Origin: Emiliania huxleyi CCMP1516
Lineage: Eukaryota
Length of the DNA stretch: 64,000 nucleotides
Reading direction: 5' to 3'
Assembly: GCF_000372725.1 (NCBI RefSeq)
Contig: NW_005201360.1
Location: 270,881 to 334,880 of the forward strand
The notes below the pieces were generated by a model that was given only the letters and a program-made list of their open reading frames with translations, made no database searches and was not told where the DNA came from. The position numbers and the translations under genes were made by a program. Shown piece after piece: positions 1 through 13,200 of the stretch (positions are counted from its first letter, which is position 1; each line of letters begins with the position of its first letter).

Positions 1-3
1 TAG

Positions 4-913
4 GTCGGCGTCGGCGGCGTCGTCGTCAACTCCGCGGGCCATGTGCTGATGGTGCAGGAGCGCGGCTCGGCAACACCTCGGCCGACTTCAGACCACTTCG
101 GCTGCCTCGGCCAACCTCGGGCCACCTCGGCTGCACCTCGGCCCAGCTCCAGGCATCCGCCGTGCAGGAGCGCGTCTCTCCGACGGCGAAGATGCAGGGC
201 AGCTGGAAACTGCCGGGCGGGCGTCGCGCGCGCACCGGAGGGCGAGGCTCTTTGGAGGGCCCTTCTCTGACGCTTCTCGGAGCCTTCCACCAGGCGGGCT
301 CGCCGATCCGGGTGAGGACTTTGCCGACACGGTCGCGCGCGAGGCGCGCGAGGAGGCCGCCCTGGCCGCCGCCTCCGGCGGACGCCTCTGAGGCTCTCGG
401 AAGCTTCCCGCAAGGTGCGCGAGGAGACGGGGATCGCCGCCTCGCTGTCCAACGGCGGCGGCGTCGTCTCGCTGCGCCACTCGCACGGTTTCCGGTTCGG
501 CGTGGGCGACTTGTACGTGGTCTGGCGTGGGAGAGATGCTGAGGCTCGGTCGGGAGGGGGCCGAGAGGCGCGCCGTCGAGAGTAGGCGGCGAGTCTGTGC
601 GCGAGGGCAGCGCACGCCGCCAAACGGTGACCATGCAACCATTAGTTAGGTGGTCAAGCTCGTGTGCGAGGGCAGCGAGGAGATCCAGATGAACGAGCGC
701 GAGCTCGCCGGCGCGCGGTGGGTGCCGTGGGAGGAGGTCCGGGCGATGGTGGCGCCTGCGAGCGCAGAGAGCTTTGACGGAAAGGTGAGCCAGACCAACC
801 TCGATTTCATCTCCAGCGCGCTCAGCGGAGCGCTCATCGCCGGCACGCCCACGCCAAGCAGCCGGCCGGGCGTAAGCTCGATGGTCTACACGGCGCGCGC
901 AGCGGAGACTTAG
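4..913 (+). CDS. Nudix hydrolase (NUDT6/plant NUDT-like), 5' end outside window, multi-exon
   Basis: Spliced exons read VGVGGVVVNSAGHVLMVQE-RVSPTAKMQGSWKLPGG-LADPGEDFADTVARE-VREETGI (Nudix box GX5EX7REUXEETG) ... SLRHSHGFRFGVGDLYV-VVKL; stop TAG ends at 913. Confidence 0.85.
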
Positions 914-1933
914 GCGCCTCTGCTCTACCGTACGCTTGGTTCGGAAATTCGCCCAGACAACCAAACGCAATCCCGCAGCGCGCAAAGCGTGTAAGATTCG
1001 GACTCGTTTATCCATCGCGGTGGACGGATAGCCGCACATGAGTGGGGAGCGGCGTCTTCCCTCTGCACGCCCGCTCCACGATTGCCAGCGCCAGGCGTAG
1101 TGCAGCGGGCGGGTGGGAACCGGATTGGGCGGGGAAGAGACGGGCGGTACTCGTTGTGAAAGACGAGCACGTACGGGGGAAGGACCGAGGGTTGAGGAAA
1201 TCGGGGGACGCGACCCACCTCGCCAGGCAGGACGGTCCCGCGATCCCGCGCGCCTCTCGCGTCCACTGCGCACGGCACTGGTTGCTGTACATATCCTCTC
1301 CGCGCGGCGCGCACCGCCCACCGGGGTCTCTCTGCTCTCCCTCCTCTGCCGACGGGGCGGCTCTAGGTCTAGCTACTCCGCGGAAAAATGCGAAATAAAA
1401 TCCGTCTCCGCACTCCGGAGGTCCGGACTCTCCCGTCTCCGCACTCCGGTCTCTCCGCACCGAAAAAAAGAAAAAGCGGCCGCGAAAAGCACCTCAATCC
1501 TCATCTCGGAGACATCAGATGGGAAAATCATTACCCGTTGGTTACTCTATTCTCGGCATCTCGGTACTCGGACTCGGTCCTCTTTCTTTACATGCGGCTC
1601 TGAGCGGGGGGTTTGAGCGCGGCGGGACACACACCTAAACCAAGCGGCACGTGTGTGTGTGACTGTGCGCGCGCCCCCCGGTGTGCGTGAGGATACCCGC
1701 AAAGATCTCGTCCGCTGCTTGAATCCCCCCCGCAGCGTCGCAGTGTCGCCTGCCTAGTCCTATAAAGTACACCGGCCGCCGACGCAAGAGGCTACCTCCT
1801 GCCGCGCCGGCCGCTTCATCGTCGCCACATGCATCGAACGGCACATCATCTCGACGGCACGTCCCAAAAGGCCCCTGGTCGCAACCCCACGCCCGGCCAG
1901 ACGGCGCGCACACCCTCGGTCCCTCGCTGCGCC

Positions 1934-3353
1934 TCATAGCCGCTTGATGGACTTCTTCTTCTCCTGCCTCCTCTTCTCCGCCTCCTTGGTCTCGATTGGC
2001 TTTTGCCGCTTCTCCACCGGCCCCCCCTCGCCCGTCGCGCTCGTGCCCGCCGCGCCCGCCGCGCCCGCTACCCTCGCATGCACCTCCGTCATCATCGCCG
2101 CCTGCGCGCCGCAGGTCGGGCGCGGGTCGGGTCGGGCGCGCGCGCTCCGCTCGCGCGATGCGGCGCGGGCGATGCGATGTGGCGCGGTGCGTGCGTGCGT
2201 CAAGGGGGTGCGGCGCGACACGGCGGAGCGTGCATCACGGCATTGCGTGCGGCGTTGCGCGCGTGCGGTGCGTGCGCGCGCCTTTTTGAAGTACTGGTCG
2301 TAGTCCTCCATAAATAGCTTGCCCGCCTCCTCGTTGAGTGCAGACTCTGGGAAGGGGTTGATGAGCAGGCAGCGAACCACCTGCAGCACGTGCCCGACGC
2401 CAACGTCCTGCGATGGGGCGGAGGGGAGGAGGCGGTGGCTGGAGGCGGTGGCGGGAATCAGGAGGGAAGGAGGCGGCGACGGCGCCGGTGGTCCCTCTCT
2501 CTCGGCAAGGCGTAGAAGCGGCACGGCGGCGTGCTCTCGAGGTGTGCGTGCGCGCGTGCGTGTGCGCGCGTGCGTGTGCGTGAGTGTCGCGGAGGTGCGG
2601 CCGACCTGCGTCCAGCACGCGCTTGAGCGTGTGTGCGGACGCGCGTCTCCCGCACTCTCGGCTAGATCTACGGCCACATCTCGGCTCGATCTCGGGCCTG
2701 CTTCCAGTCGCGCTTCAGCGTGTTGACGCATATCTCGCCAGCCTTTGAGATGTTCGGGTGGTAAATCTTGGTCAGAAAGTAGCCTGCGGGCGCGGCGCGG
2801 TCGACAGGGCGGTGAGAGCGCGCCGCACAGGGGACGGGAGGCGAGGGCGCGCGGGACAGCGGCGCGCGACACTGCGGCGGCGGCGGCGGCGGCGCGCAGC
2901 AGGGCAGAGCGCGCGGACCCTTTGGAGGCGAGGCGGGGTAGTCGCTCGGCAGCACCAGCTTCACCTTGAAGGTGCCGCTGTGGAAGGGCGTCGCCACTGC
3001 GCGCGGCGGCCGCAGGAAGGGTCAGACTGTGCAGACAGTGCCAGAGGAGGGCGCGCGCAGCGGTGCAGCCATGTGGAGCGGCGCATCGAGCGCGGGCAGG
3101 CCGCGCGCGCGGCGCGCACCGGGCCCTGCGATGTCAGCGACGATGTTGGTGATGTCCTCCTCGTTGAGGAGCACCTTGATGCCCTCCAGCGGCTCGTTGG
3201 TAAGCTTCCTCAGCTCTTTCGCCACCGCCATGACGACGCTCGGCGCGATGTTCTCGTTGGACTGAGACTGCGCGAGGCGAGGCGCGAGACGAGCGACGTG
3301 AGGCCGCGTGTGTGGGGGAGGGCAGCCCGGGGGGGAGGGCAGCCAGGCACCAT
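1934..3353 (-). CDS. UBE2S: Ubiquitin-conjugating enzyme E2 S, multi-exon
   Basis: M-SQSNENIAPSVVMAVAKELRKL...[60 protein letters not shown] (catalytic Cys)...VVRCLLINPFPESALNEEAGKL, ending in the UBE2S-type basic tail KKKSIKRL*. Confidence 0.92.
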
Positions 3354-3943
3354 GCAGCACTCCTCGCTCTCTCTTTCAACCCGCAGTGTTCACACCGCTG
3401 TTGAGAAGAAATCGGCCGGGCGTCGTGCCCCCAACAACGCCTCCCCGGCGCAGAGGGCCCCCCGGAGGGATGCTCAACCGGTCCACGCCACGCCGCTTGC
3501 GGGGGTCCTATTCCGATTCCGCGTCGAAAAGAAATCCTGATGCCGCAGTTAGAGGGTCATTTTTGAACGCGCGGGCGGCACGGCTGTCTTGCGTGCGTTG
3601 TAGAGCGATGTAGAGCCGCTCTACAACGTGAAATCTCTACAACAAACTCTACATCAAAAGCGGCGAACGAGGCGCGCGCGCGTCGCGCGCCACCCACGCG
3701 TCGCTCCGTCCGCGCGCGAGGGCGCGCGCCTACCGCGATTCGAACAGGCAAAAGGCGCCCGGGCGAACCGCGAACCGGTCGCGCCTCCGCGGATGCGGGG
3801 TTGATAGAGCAGGCTGGCTGCACCTCCTCATGTACCTCCACTTTTGGGTGGCGGTCACGCGCTGCTGACGGCGCTCGTCGACGTTCGCCGCGCTATGGCG
3901 CTCGCGGCGCGCTCGTGGCGTTCAGGGCGGCTCGCACAGCGCC

Positions 3944-4157
<214 letters not shown>

Positions 4158-4359
4158 CAGACACACAGCCCTTTCCTTCCCCCTCAAGACTTCAAGGGCG
4201 AGGACACACACAGGACGCACCTCTAGCCCGCATAGTATTGTGGGAGACTCCTGCCGCCGCCCCTGCCACCCCTGTGTCAGTGTGCCTGTGGTTGCGAGAG
4301 ACTGCCAGTGAGAAGCTGGAGGCAGGTCGCTAGACTGAGATGAGACCGCCAGTGGAGCT

Positions 4360-4503
4360 GGGAGTCCACCGTGCACCGCGCTGCGAGCCTGTCGTGTCCC
4401 TTGTCAGGAGCAGGAGAGCCCCACCTGTGCCCCTGATCGTCCTTCCAAAATCCGGCTCGTGCAGGTGTGGACCCTGTCCTCCTCCCCCATCCCTCGTTTG
4501 GGT
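4360..4503 (+). repeat. Dispersed repeat family A, copy 1 (probably TE-derived)
   Basis: Near-identical to the reverse complement of about 60715-60855 (shared GAGCCTGTCGTGTCCCTTGTCAGGAGCAGGAGAGCCCCACCTGT). Confidence 0.9.
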
Positions 4504-5820
4504 TTGTCTGTACTTGGAGCACTTGGAGTGCAATCTGTTTTCTTTCTTTCTTTTTTATAGGGTGTTGTGTGCCGTCAGAGTGACCCTCTGTGTCGGTCAG
4601 GGATAGGGTCCAGGGCCGTCCATCAGAGAGAGCTCCAGTAAGCTCGGAGACACCCCAGTCAAGAGAGCGCCGTAGAAAAGAAAACCCTGTGTGCCGTCGT
4701 TTGGGTTGTTTGTTTTCTTTCTTTCTGTCATCATGCAACTGCCGTCCCTCACAGCCTTCCCATTCGCGCCGTGGCCCCTCCGCCGCAAAGCTGGCCTGGA
4801 TGCGGTTCGCACAGGATGAGGAAGGCGCTACTCGTAGGGAAGGCGGGGACTTTTGCTGGAGCCCCTCCCCCCCCCCCCCCGGGGGGGGCGGACAGCACAC
4901 TCTCTGCATGTATGTGAACGTCTATTCACTATTGACCTTCCAGCTTGCATTTCGAGCTCGTCCGCTCGTCGCACGACCGTTGAGGGTCTTCAGGATCAGT
5001 CAGGTAAGATCGCCACCCTTGCCGGGGACCAAGGAAGGTGTGTGTCTGAGCGTGTGTCGTTGCAATGGTTACACTTGACGGTATCTTATCTCCCTCACGT
5101 GCACGCACGAGAGCACGAGTGACGAGAGCCGTCTCAAGACAACGCACAGCGAGGAGGGAGGCGTGAGGAGCGCCTCGCGTTGCCAAACCGCGGCAGGCAG
5201 CGCTCCCTCTTGGCTCTTGTACTTGTTGTCCCGCCGCCCCAGCCGATCGGCTACGACGGGGTGGTCAAGACTGCAAGGCCAAAAGCACCTTTTTACGCCA
5301 CTACGGCAACCGTCGAGCCCCTGGCGTGCCCTGTCAGATCTCCAAGTCCAAAGCGCAGGCGCACCATGAAATTTCTCCCTTTGGAAGGATGACGGCATCC
5401 TCCCAGGTTTTTGCCCTTGGGCGTCTGCCTCTTCCGTTCCCTCGTCGTGCAGAATCTCGCCAATTCTCGCAGAGCGACCTTCATACCTTCATGTCACCTC
5501 GCGGTCGTCCAACCAAACTGCACGGTAAATTTCTTTTTCAGGCGGCTCCCGTGGTGTACCTCTGTGTGTTAGTCAGTGCACAGTGGCAGTGCGCGCCAGT
5601 CCCATGCGCATAAATAAATAAAGCGAGCGGCATCTCCATGAGAGATGGGCGACGCACGAACACAGAGGCACCAGCGCGCGGAGAGAGGGCGGTCCTCCGG
5701 CGGCGGAGGCCGGAGCACCCACATCCCGCTTTTCGCGGGCAGGCAGGTTGTCATCCCCCGTGATCCATACCGCCCCGTTGGAGGGAGGCCGCTCGTCTAA
5801 AAAAAGAAAGAAAACACCCA

Positions 5821-5946
5821 ATCCAAGGGAGGGATGTGGGAGGGAGGACGGCACGCCGCCACCACACAGGGATTTTAAGGAGCGGGGTGTGATGCGCTAG
5901 CCGTCGCCCACCCTCGGGCGTCCGCCTCTTCCTATCTCTCTTCGCA
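5821..5946 (+). repeat. Dispersed repeat family B, copy 1
   Basis: GGAGGACGGCACGCCGCCACCACACAGGGATTT...GCTAGCCGTCGCCCACCCTCGGGCGTC...TTCCTATCTCTC also present at about 38863-38980. Confidence 0.88.
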
Positions 5947-6073
5947 GGCCGCTCGTCTAAGCTCGTCTAGAATGCGCCCATTTTTTTCTGTCGGAGGCTG
6001 GAGAGAGGCTTGGGTCGGAGACTCGGAGTGGAGGCAGACTGTACATCTTCTATCCGCCCACGCAACACAGTTC

Positions 6074-8510
6074 ATGCACCTCATGATGGTCCTCCTCGCG
6101 CACACGCAGCCGCTGCGGACGGCGCTGCTGCGGCCGTGCGCGTCTCGCGCCGTGCGCGCCCTCGGCGCCCGCGCCTGCAGCAGCGACGCGGCCACCGCGC
6201 CGGCCGAGGCAGCGGCGGAGCCGGAGCAGCTGCGATCGACGTTTCTGGAGACGATGCGCTGGCGCGGCTTCCTCCACCAGTCGACCGACCTGGCCGCGCT
6301 CGATGACGCGATGAGCGGCGGCCGCGTCGTCGCGTACCTCGGCTTTGACGCGACTGCGAGCAGCCTGCACGTGGGCTCGCTGCTGCAGATCATGCTGCTG
6401 CGCCACTTCCAGCGCGCGGGGCACAAGCCGATCGTGCTCGTCGGCGGCGGCACCACCAAGGTCGGCGACCCTTCTGGGAAGGACTCCTCGCGGCGGCAGC
6501 TCTCACGCGGCAGGGCGAGAACCTTCTCGGAACCTTCTCGGCAACGTCGCTGTAGGACGCGTCGCGGCAGCTGCTCGACGAGGAGGCGATCGCCTCAAAC
6601 ATCGAGGGTATCTCGCGCGTGTTTGGGCGCTCCCCGACCGCTTGCGGCGGACGCGGCCTCCCGCCTCGTCTGCCGCCTCTCCAGCCTTCTCGGGGCCGCC
6701 GCTAGGCGCTTCCTCACCTTTGGCGAGGGGCCGACGGACGCTCTGCTCGTCAACAACGACGCGTGGCTCTCTCCGCTCTCGTACCTCGCCTTCCTGCGCG
6801 ACTACGGCAGGCGCTCCGCCACCCGCCACCCGCCCCTCTCCCCACCTCTGACCACCCCCCTGACTAGTCTGCATCGCTGCCGGTCGCCCGCTGCCGCGAC
6901 CCGGGCAGCGGGCGCTGCAGCACCTACCGCATGCTAACCAACTGCATGCTAACCCGAACACCCGAGCCCCGAGCCTCGACCCGAGCCCGAGCCCCCCCCG
7001 GCCACCGGCAGGCACTTTACCATCAACCGCATGCTCTCCTTCGAGTCCGTCAAGCAGCGCCTCGCGCGCGAGTCGCCTCTCTCCTTCCTCGAGTTCAACT
7101 ACATGATCCTCCAGGCAGACGGCTCGAGTAGCAGTGCCACTGCGACCACCATCGCCGCTACTCCTCCTCCTCCTCCACTCCGTACCACTCCGACTGCCAC
7201 CACTCCCCTCCCGACCAGGCCTACGACTTTCTCGAGCTTCACCGGCGGCACGGCGCGACGCTGCAGTTCGGAGGCTCCGACCAGTGGGAAACGTCATGTC
7301 GCCGCCATTCCCGAGACTTGTCCGAGACTTGTCCGTAGGCTCCGACCAGTGGGGAAACATCATCTCTGGCGTCGAGCTCGGGTGGCGGTGGACGGCGCAC
7401 GGCTGCTCGCCGGAGCGTCTCGGACCCTTCTCGGACCCTTCCCCGCAGGCGGAGGGCGGACGGCGCGCAGCTCTTCGGCCTCACTGCACCGCTCGTCACG
7501 ACGGCGCGGCGGCGAAGAGGCCGGCAGCGCGGGCGAGGCGGGCCTTCGGCCGACGTGTGTGGTCGGAGCCCGGTCTAGGCGGACGGCAAGAAGATGGGCA
7601 AGACGGCGGCGGGGGCGGTCTGGCTCAACGAGGACCTCCTCTCGCCGTACGAGTATTGGCAGTTTTGGAGAAACACCGCCGACGCCGACGTCGGCCGTTT
7701 CCTGCGATTCTTCACCGAGCTACCGCAAGACGAGGCCGAGATGGGCCGAGATGAGCCGAGATGAGCCGAGATGAGGAGAGAGGGAGGGGCCGGCGAATCT
7801 CGGCGAATCTCTGTGAATCTCGGCGAATCTCGGCCGGCCAATCTCCCGCCACGCCCCCGCCACTCTCCGCCAGGTCGAGAAGCTCGAGGCGCTGCGCGGT
7901 GCGCAGATCAACGACGCCAAGGCGCGTCGCCGACGCCGCCGCTCTGCGCGGAGTGTCATGGAGGCGTGACCTGTCTGTCGGACCTCGGGTCGTAGGTGGT
8001 CCTTGCCAACGAGGCGACCCGCATGCTGCACGGCGAGGCGTGTGCGGCGCCGGGGCCAGGCACACGTCTCGCAGACACGTCCGGTACGCGTCACGGCCAT
8101 GACAACGCAGGCGTGCCTCGCGGAGATCCAGGCGACCGCCGCGTCGCTCTTTGCCGCGGGCGGCGGCGGCGGCGGCGGCGGCACAGCGTCGCTCAAGCGG
8201 GTGAAGCTCTCTGCGGACGAGGCGGCGGCGGGCGTGCCGGTCGTCGACTTGTTCGTGTCGCTCGAGCTCGGAAAGAGCAAGTCCGAGGTGCAGCCGCGAT
8301 ACCGCCGAGAGGCATCTCGGTCTCGGATGAACTTCGGCTTGCGTTCTCCGGCAGGTGCGGCGGCTCGTCGCCGGGGGGGGCGCCAAGCTCAACGATGTCA
8401 AGATCGAGGACGCCGCGCTGCTCATCTCGACGGCGAGCTTCGAGGCCGCCAGCGAGATCAAGCTCTCGGCGGGCAAAAAGAAGCACGGCGTCGTCGAGCT
8501 CGCACAGTAG
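6074..8510 (+). CDS. tyrS: Tyrosyl-tRNA synthetase, bacterial-type (organellar), multi-exon
   Basis: [17 protein letters not shown] (HIGH), [48 protein letters not shown] (KMSKS), [10 protein letters not shown]-terminal S4-like [11 protein letters not shown]-terminal transit-like extension. Confidence 0.95.
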
Positions 8511-9006
8511 CGGCTAGCGTGCGGCGCACACGGCACGGCTACGACCAGAACCACACGGCTAGGCCCCTCCAACATGCCCTCCCTCCATCCGCTTGCACGC
8601 TGCTGGTGGCAGATGACAGCCTTGGCCCTTGCGGCTTGCGCGAAGTCACTAATTCTGCGGCTTGGGGCTTGGGTGGCGAGGACACATCGTAAACGCGTAC
8701 TCTAATCAACATAAATAAAGAGATTCGAGGTCTTATTCTCGCACCCACTCGTCCAACTGGGTTCACACCAAGGAATCGGTGACATCTCCTAGTATATAGA
8801 GAGGTAACAGGTTCCCATCCCCCCCCTAGAGCCGTACGCCCCTACCCGTTTATATTTTGTTTATTTTTTGTGCGGGTTGTACGGCTTATTTATTTTTGTG
8901 TGTTGGTGTTGGGGAGAACTTCGCTCCCGCGGTCGTGTGTTCGTCGTGTGCGGCCGTGGGGCTCGGAAACCATAACCAACACGTGTGCTGAACTAACAGA
9001 GTACCT

Positions 9007-11540
9007 TCATTGTTTTCTACTCTCACTCGTTGTCGGTGGGTGCGGCGCGCGCCCGCGCGCGAACGGGTTGAGATCCGCGGACGCGTCGATTGTTCCCCGC
9101 CGCGAGATCGGCCAGACGCGCACCACGGGCCGCGCGACCACGTTCTGCCTCGGGAGCGGGCCCCAAGTCCGGCTGTCGGTTGAGCGCTCCGGGCAGTCGC
9201 CAAGCACAAACAGGCTGCCGTCGGGCACAACGCGAGCGAAAGTGACGGCGCGGGGCTCGCCGCCGGACTCAGCCTTGATGCCGCCGCCGCCACCGCGCGG
9301 CCCTGCGCACTGGAGCGGCGGTGCGTCGCGCGGCTCGCCGTTGACGACGATGCCGCCCTCCGGCGTGAGCGCGACCTTGTCGCCGCCGATGGCCGCCACT
9401 CGCTTCACAAAGAGGTCTCGCCCGCCGAGCGTGCCGCCGGCCGCCCTCACCTGCTGCTGCAGCTCGGCGGGCGGCGAGAACAGGACGAGGTCGCCTGAAG
9501 GAAGCTTCGAGGGAGAGGTCGAGGGCAAGTCTGGGGCGAGCGGCGAGGCGGCGAGAAGTCACCCCTCTCATACGGCAGGTTGACCAGCCGAGACACCTTC
9601 TCGGCGAAAATCACGTCGCCGACGGCGAGCGTCGCCTCCATCGAGCGTGACGGGATCGCGTAGAAGGAGCCAAGCTGCTCAGTCATGAGTCACGGTTTGA
9701 TGGGTGATTCGTGCCGGGATCGCGGACAAGGATCCGCTGCGACGGCGAGCGGCGTGCGATCATTTTGCCTCATGCGCCGGTCTCAGCGTGCTCTCTCGAT
9801 CCGATCTCTCTCTGTGCAATCTCGGCGCGATCGCGTCGCCTGCGAGGCAAGGAAGCCGGCCCACAGCGGCGAGGCGCCGACAAGGACGAGGGCGACCAGC
9901 ACGCGGCCTGAGCTCCGCGCCTGTTCTCACCGGCAGCCTTGGAGAGATGCCCCCCCAACAGCCGCGAGCAGGCGGCCCAGGCTCCCGCGCCGCATAAGCC
10001 AGCCGCGCGGGCAGCGCTCGGAACCCGAGCCGAGATGCGAGCGGAGGCAGCGCGTCGGCCGGCACGCCCACCGGCCAAGTCTGGCCCTCCCTCGTCAACG
10101 TCGCCCTCGAGCCGTCCGCGGGCGCCTCCCGCGTCCGCTTGCTGAGCGGCGTGGCCACGCCCCGGAGGAGCGACGCGCCAGGCAGGGAGCTGCCTGCGGG
10201 CAGGCTCCGTGACCGGTCCGGGAGACAAGTCTGGGAAAGGTCTAGCCCTGCGCCGGCTCGAGAGCTGCCGGTATCGTCGTCGTCGAGCAGCAAGGCGCTC
10301 TCCCCACCGCGGCCCTCGCCCTTGCCCCCGAGGCGTGCGCCGCCCTCCTCTCGCGCCGCCTTGGAGGTGGGTAGCAAGTACACCTGCAGCCAGTGATACC
10401 GCTGAGCACCACGAAACTCTGGCCCTATCAGCCTCGCCCAACTCGCAGCAGCTCGCCATCTCTCATCGCGGCTCGTCGCGGCTCAATCTCGGCGCATCTC
10501 AGCGCCGCACCACGCCGCCCTCGCCGCTCGCCGTGTCGCACTCGAAGCGCGGCTCGCCCTCCGCCGAGAGGATGCGCATCACGCGGTACTCGAGCCCCGG
10601 CGTGCAGCGGTAGGCGCCTGCAGGAAGGACAGGTCCAGGACAGGTCCAGGAGGAATCCGTCCCCGCGGCGTGCAGTGGCAAGCGCCGCCCGCGCTGAAGC
10701 CGCCCGCGCCGCTTCCACCCGCGCCGCCTCCGCCGCCTCCCAATGCAACGACCACCTCTCCGCACCGGATCGAGCCGGCGGGCAGCCGCTGCGTCTGCTC
10801 CGCCAGCGCCGCGAAGCTCGACCCGCTGGCGCACGGCCGCTCGCCCCACACGCTTAGCCTGTGAGGCGGGCGGGCGACGCGCTGATGGCGACACGCGGCG
10901 CCGAAGCGCGAGCCTCTGTGCTGCTCAGTCGGCGATGCTAAGCGGCGCAGCGAGGTGCTCCGAGGCGTGCAGCAGCGTGTGAGGAGGCCGGGTGCGTGTC
11001 TGCTACCGGCGCTAGCGCTCACTCCACGTCGACGGCGAGGACGCGCTGCTCATTCTGCTCGAGTTCGCGCAGGAGGTCGCTCGAAGAGTAGAGGTGGGCT
11101 CCCCAGTCGTCGCACCGCCCGACCGACTCACCCGCCTCCTTGGCTTCGCAAAAGGTCATGCCGCATCTGAAGGTGCTGCCGCGGACACAGCCTGGCGCTC
11201 GAGCGGCCGGCGCCACCTCGAGAGCCGCGGGGCTGGGAAGCACCTGCAGGCTCATCGCGAAGGTGGCGTCCACCTCTTTGCCTCCTCCTGCAAGTCGCTT
11301 GATGTAGACGCCGACGCGGTCGGCGTAGGACTCGCCGGCGCCAAGCAGGTACAGCTGAACTTGCCAGCTGCTGCCGCCCGCCTCAAAGGGCGGCGAGTCG
11401 ATTCGTGCTCCAGGTGTGGAAGTTGTCTCGTCGGCGAGGAGTCGGGCAAGGGTGCGGCGTGGAAATGGAATGGTTTTGGTCAGCTCTGCGATCGGCGTCC
11501 GGCGAGGAAGGCTGAGGTGAGACAGTGCAAAGAGCAGCAT
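9007..11540 (-). CDS. Signal peptidase I (S26, thylakoidal processing peptidase-like) with N-terminal MATH-like domain, multi-exon
   Basis: S26 boxes YAIPSRSMEATL (Ser), GDLVLF, FVKRVAAIGGD (Lys), FVLGDCPERSTDSRTWG; a hydrophobic exon before the Ser box; upstream exon DSPPFEAGGSSWQVQLYLLG...DRVGVYIK...DDWG is MATH-like; the junctions checked splice in frame. Confidence 0.75.
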
Positions 11541-11740
11541 CTCAGACAGATGGAGGCTGGCGACAGATGGAGGGCAAAACAAAATGTCTACACGCATCTA
11601 CCCTTATAAGTCTCTCGTGTCGGCGCCGTCGCTCTTTTAACCGTAGAACGTCCCAGCTGAACACCGCCCGCCGACGATCGATCAGTCCACAATCGTCGGC
11701 CCGCAGCGACCCGGCACCCCGCAGCGACCCGCAGCGATGG

Positions 11741-12290
11741 ATGCCGCCCCCCACGGCCCCTACGGCCGACGCGCCGATGCACGACCGGCCTCCGTCGGAC
11801 GGCTCTCCGGCCTCTCCGGCCGCTGACGAGGCCGCCCATGCTGCTGCCGATCCGGTCCCTCTCACGCTCAGCGATATCCGCACAAGCTACGACAACTTCG
11901 AGGTCGCCGGCTTTGGCCAGGTGCAGCCACCACCTGCTTGCCTCCATGTTCACGCTTCGCGCCCCTTCCCCCCTCTGACGCCGCCGTATACCGTAGGTGA
12001 GGGGCACGACTACCCGCCTGGAAGGCGCTCTCATCAGCAAGTCACCCAGGCACCAACTCCTGGGCGTTTACGCTTGACTACGAAACCATGCAGTGGATGC
12101 AGCTCGATCAAAACGGCGACGCCAACAGCTGGTCCCTGGGCGAGTTCCTCGCCCAGGATGAGGTGCGAGTCATGATGCTCGACCCAGCGTGCACCAAGTC
12201 GCTCACATTCCGTGAGTTCGTCAACGGGCGATTGCGATCTCGAACTCCGACAACTGGACTGGTGCACCAGCCGCGGAGGACGATGGCTCC
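11741..12290 (+). CDS. Hypothetical protein, exon structure uncertain
   Basis: ATG at 11741 divergent from the previous gene; coding-like text LTLSDIRTSYDNFEVAGFGQ, a GT...AG intron, then WMQLDQNGDANSWSLGEFLAQDEV; frame continuity not confirmed. Confidence 0.3.
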
Positions 12291-12950
12291 CTCGACGACA
12301 TCCCTTCATCGACGGACGCCTTCACCGCCGCCGGCCCTGGGCCATCCATCGCGGCCTCCGACTGGCTGCCGCAGCTCACACCCTAATCTATCTGCCTTAG
12401 GCACGGAGCCAACGGAGCCATCGCGCACGCCCGCAGCACCTCGCGTGCGGCTCCGAGGTCTCCCGCCGAGACCGGCTCGGCGCGGGTTTGACTGACGTGA
12501 CTGACTGATGAGTGCTTGCGAGAGAGAGAGTTTTAGCAATGCTTGCGATGGATGATCTCCGACACCCAAAACCAAAATGCAAATGCGGAGTGGAGCCCAC
12601 ACTTCGCGTGCAGATCCTGCGTCTCTCACTGCCCGAACAACAGAGGCGGGTACCGCCGCAAGTGCGCAGGTCCCACACTAGTACATGTACATGTGAGGGA
12701 ACACCTACCTGTGTGTGAGTGTGTGTGTGTGAAACCGCCAATGGCAGTTATCGGTTGTGCGGTCGTCGCCGCGGCTCGCCTCTGCCGCGGCGGCTGCTGC
12801 GCGCACGCGGCGGCGCCGCTCTCTCGCGAGACGGCTGGCGACGCGGCTCGCGGCCGACGTGCGCTGCGCTCGTCCGACCGCCCGCGGCGTGGCGTGCGCG
12901 GCGCTGCGCGCCGCTCTGCGAGCGCTTCTGCGCTGCTGTCACACTGCACT

Positions 12951-13200
12951 GTCTCTCTCTGGTGCTGCTGCTGGTGGTGATGTTGCTGCTGCTGGTGCAT
13001 ATGCTGCTGCTGGCGCGGCGCGGCTCTGCGACTCGGCTCGAGACGCGCGTCGGGAGCATCTGACACGGCGGCGTCGGGCAGGTTGCGCTTCTCTCTGGTG
13101 CTGCTGGTGCTGGTGGTGCTGGTGGTGCTGGTGCTGATGCTGCTGCTGGTGCGGCGCGGCTCTCCGACTCGACTCGAGGCGCGCGTCGCGGCAATCTGAC
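12951..13200. repeat. Imperfect tandem duplication with TGC/TGG triplet cores
   Basis: CTCTCTGGTGCTGCTG...GCGGCGCGGCTCT(G/C)CGACTCG(G/A)CTCGAG...ATCTGAC occurs twice, about 140 bp apart. Confidence 0.8.

Noticed and set aside
26..1321. 431-aa minus-strand ORF, and the many similar Arg/Ala/Pro-rich ORFs across the track
   Set aside because: Shadow ORFs caused by high GC; antisense to or out of frame with recognisable genes, with no motifs.
933..1646. Possible TIR element (CGCTTGGTT ... AACCAAGCG) with internal TCTCCGCACTCCGG repeats
   Set aside because: Only 9 bp of perfect IR and no TSD; boundaries cannot be supported.
12626..13194. Poly-Q/H or poly-AP ORFs
   Set aside because: They arise from a triplet-rich tandem duplication; no convincing gene structure.
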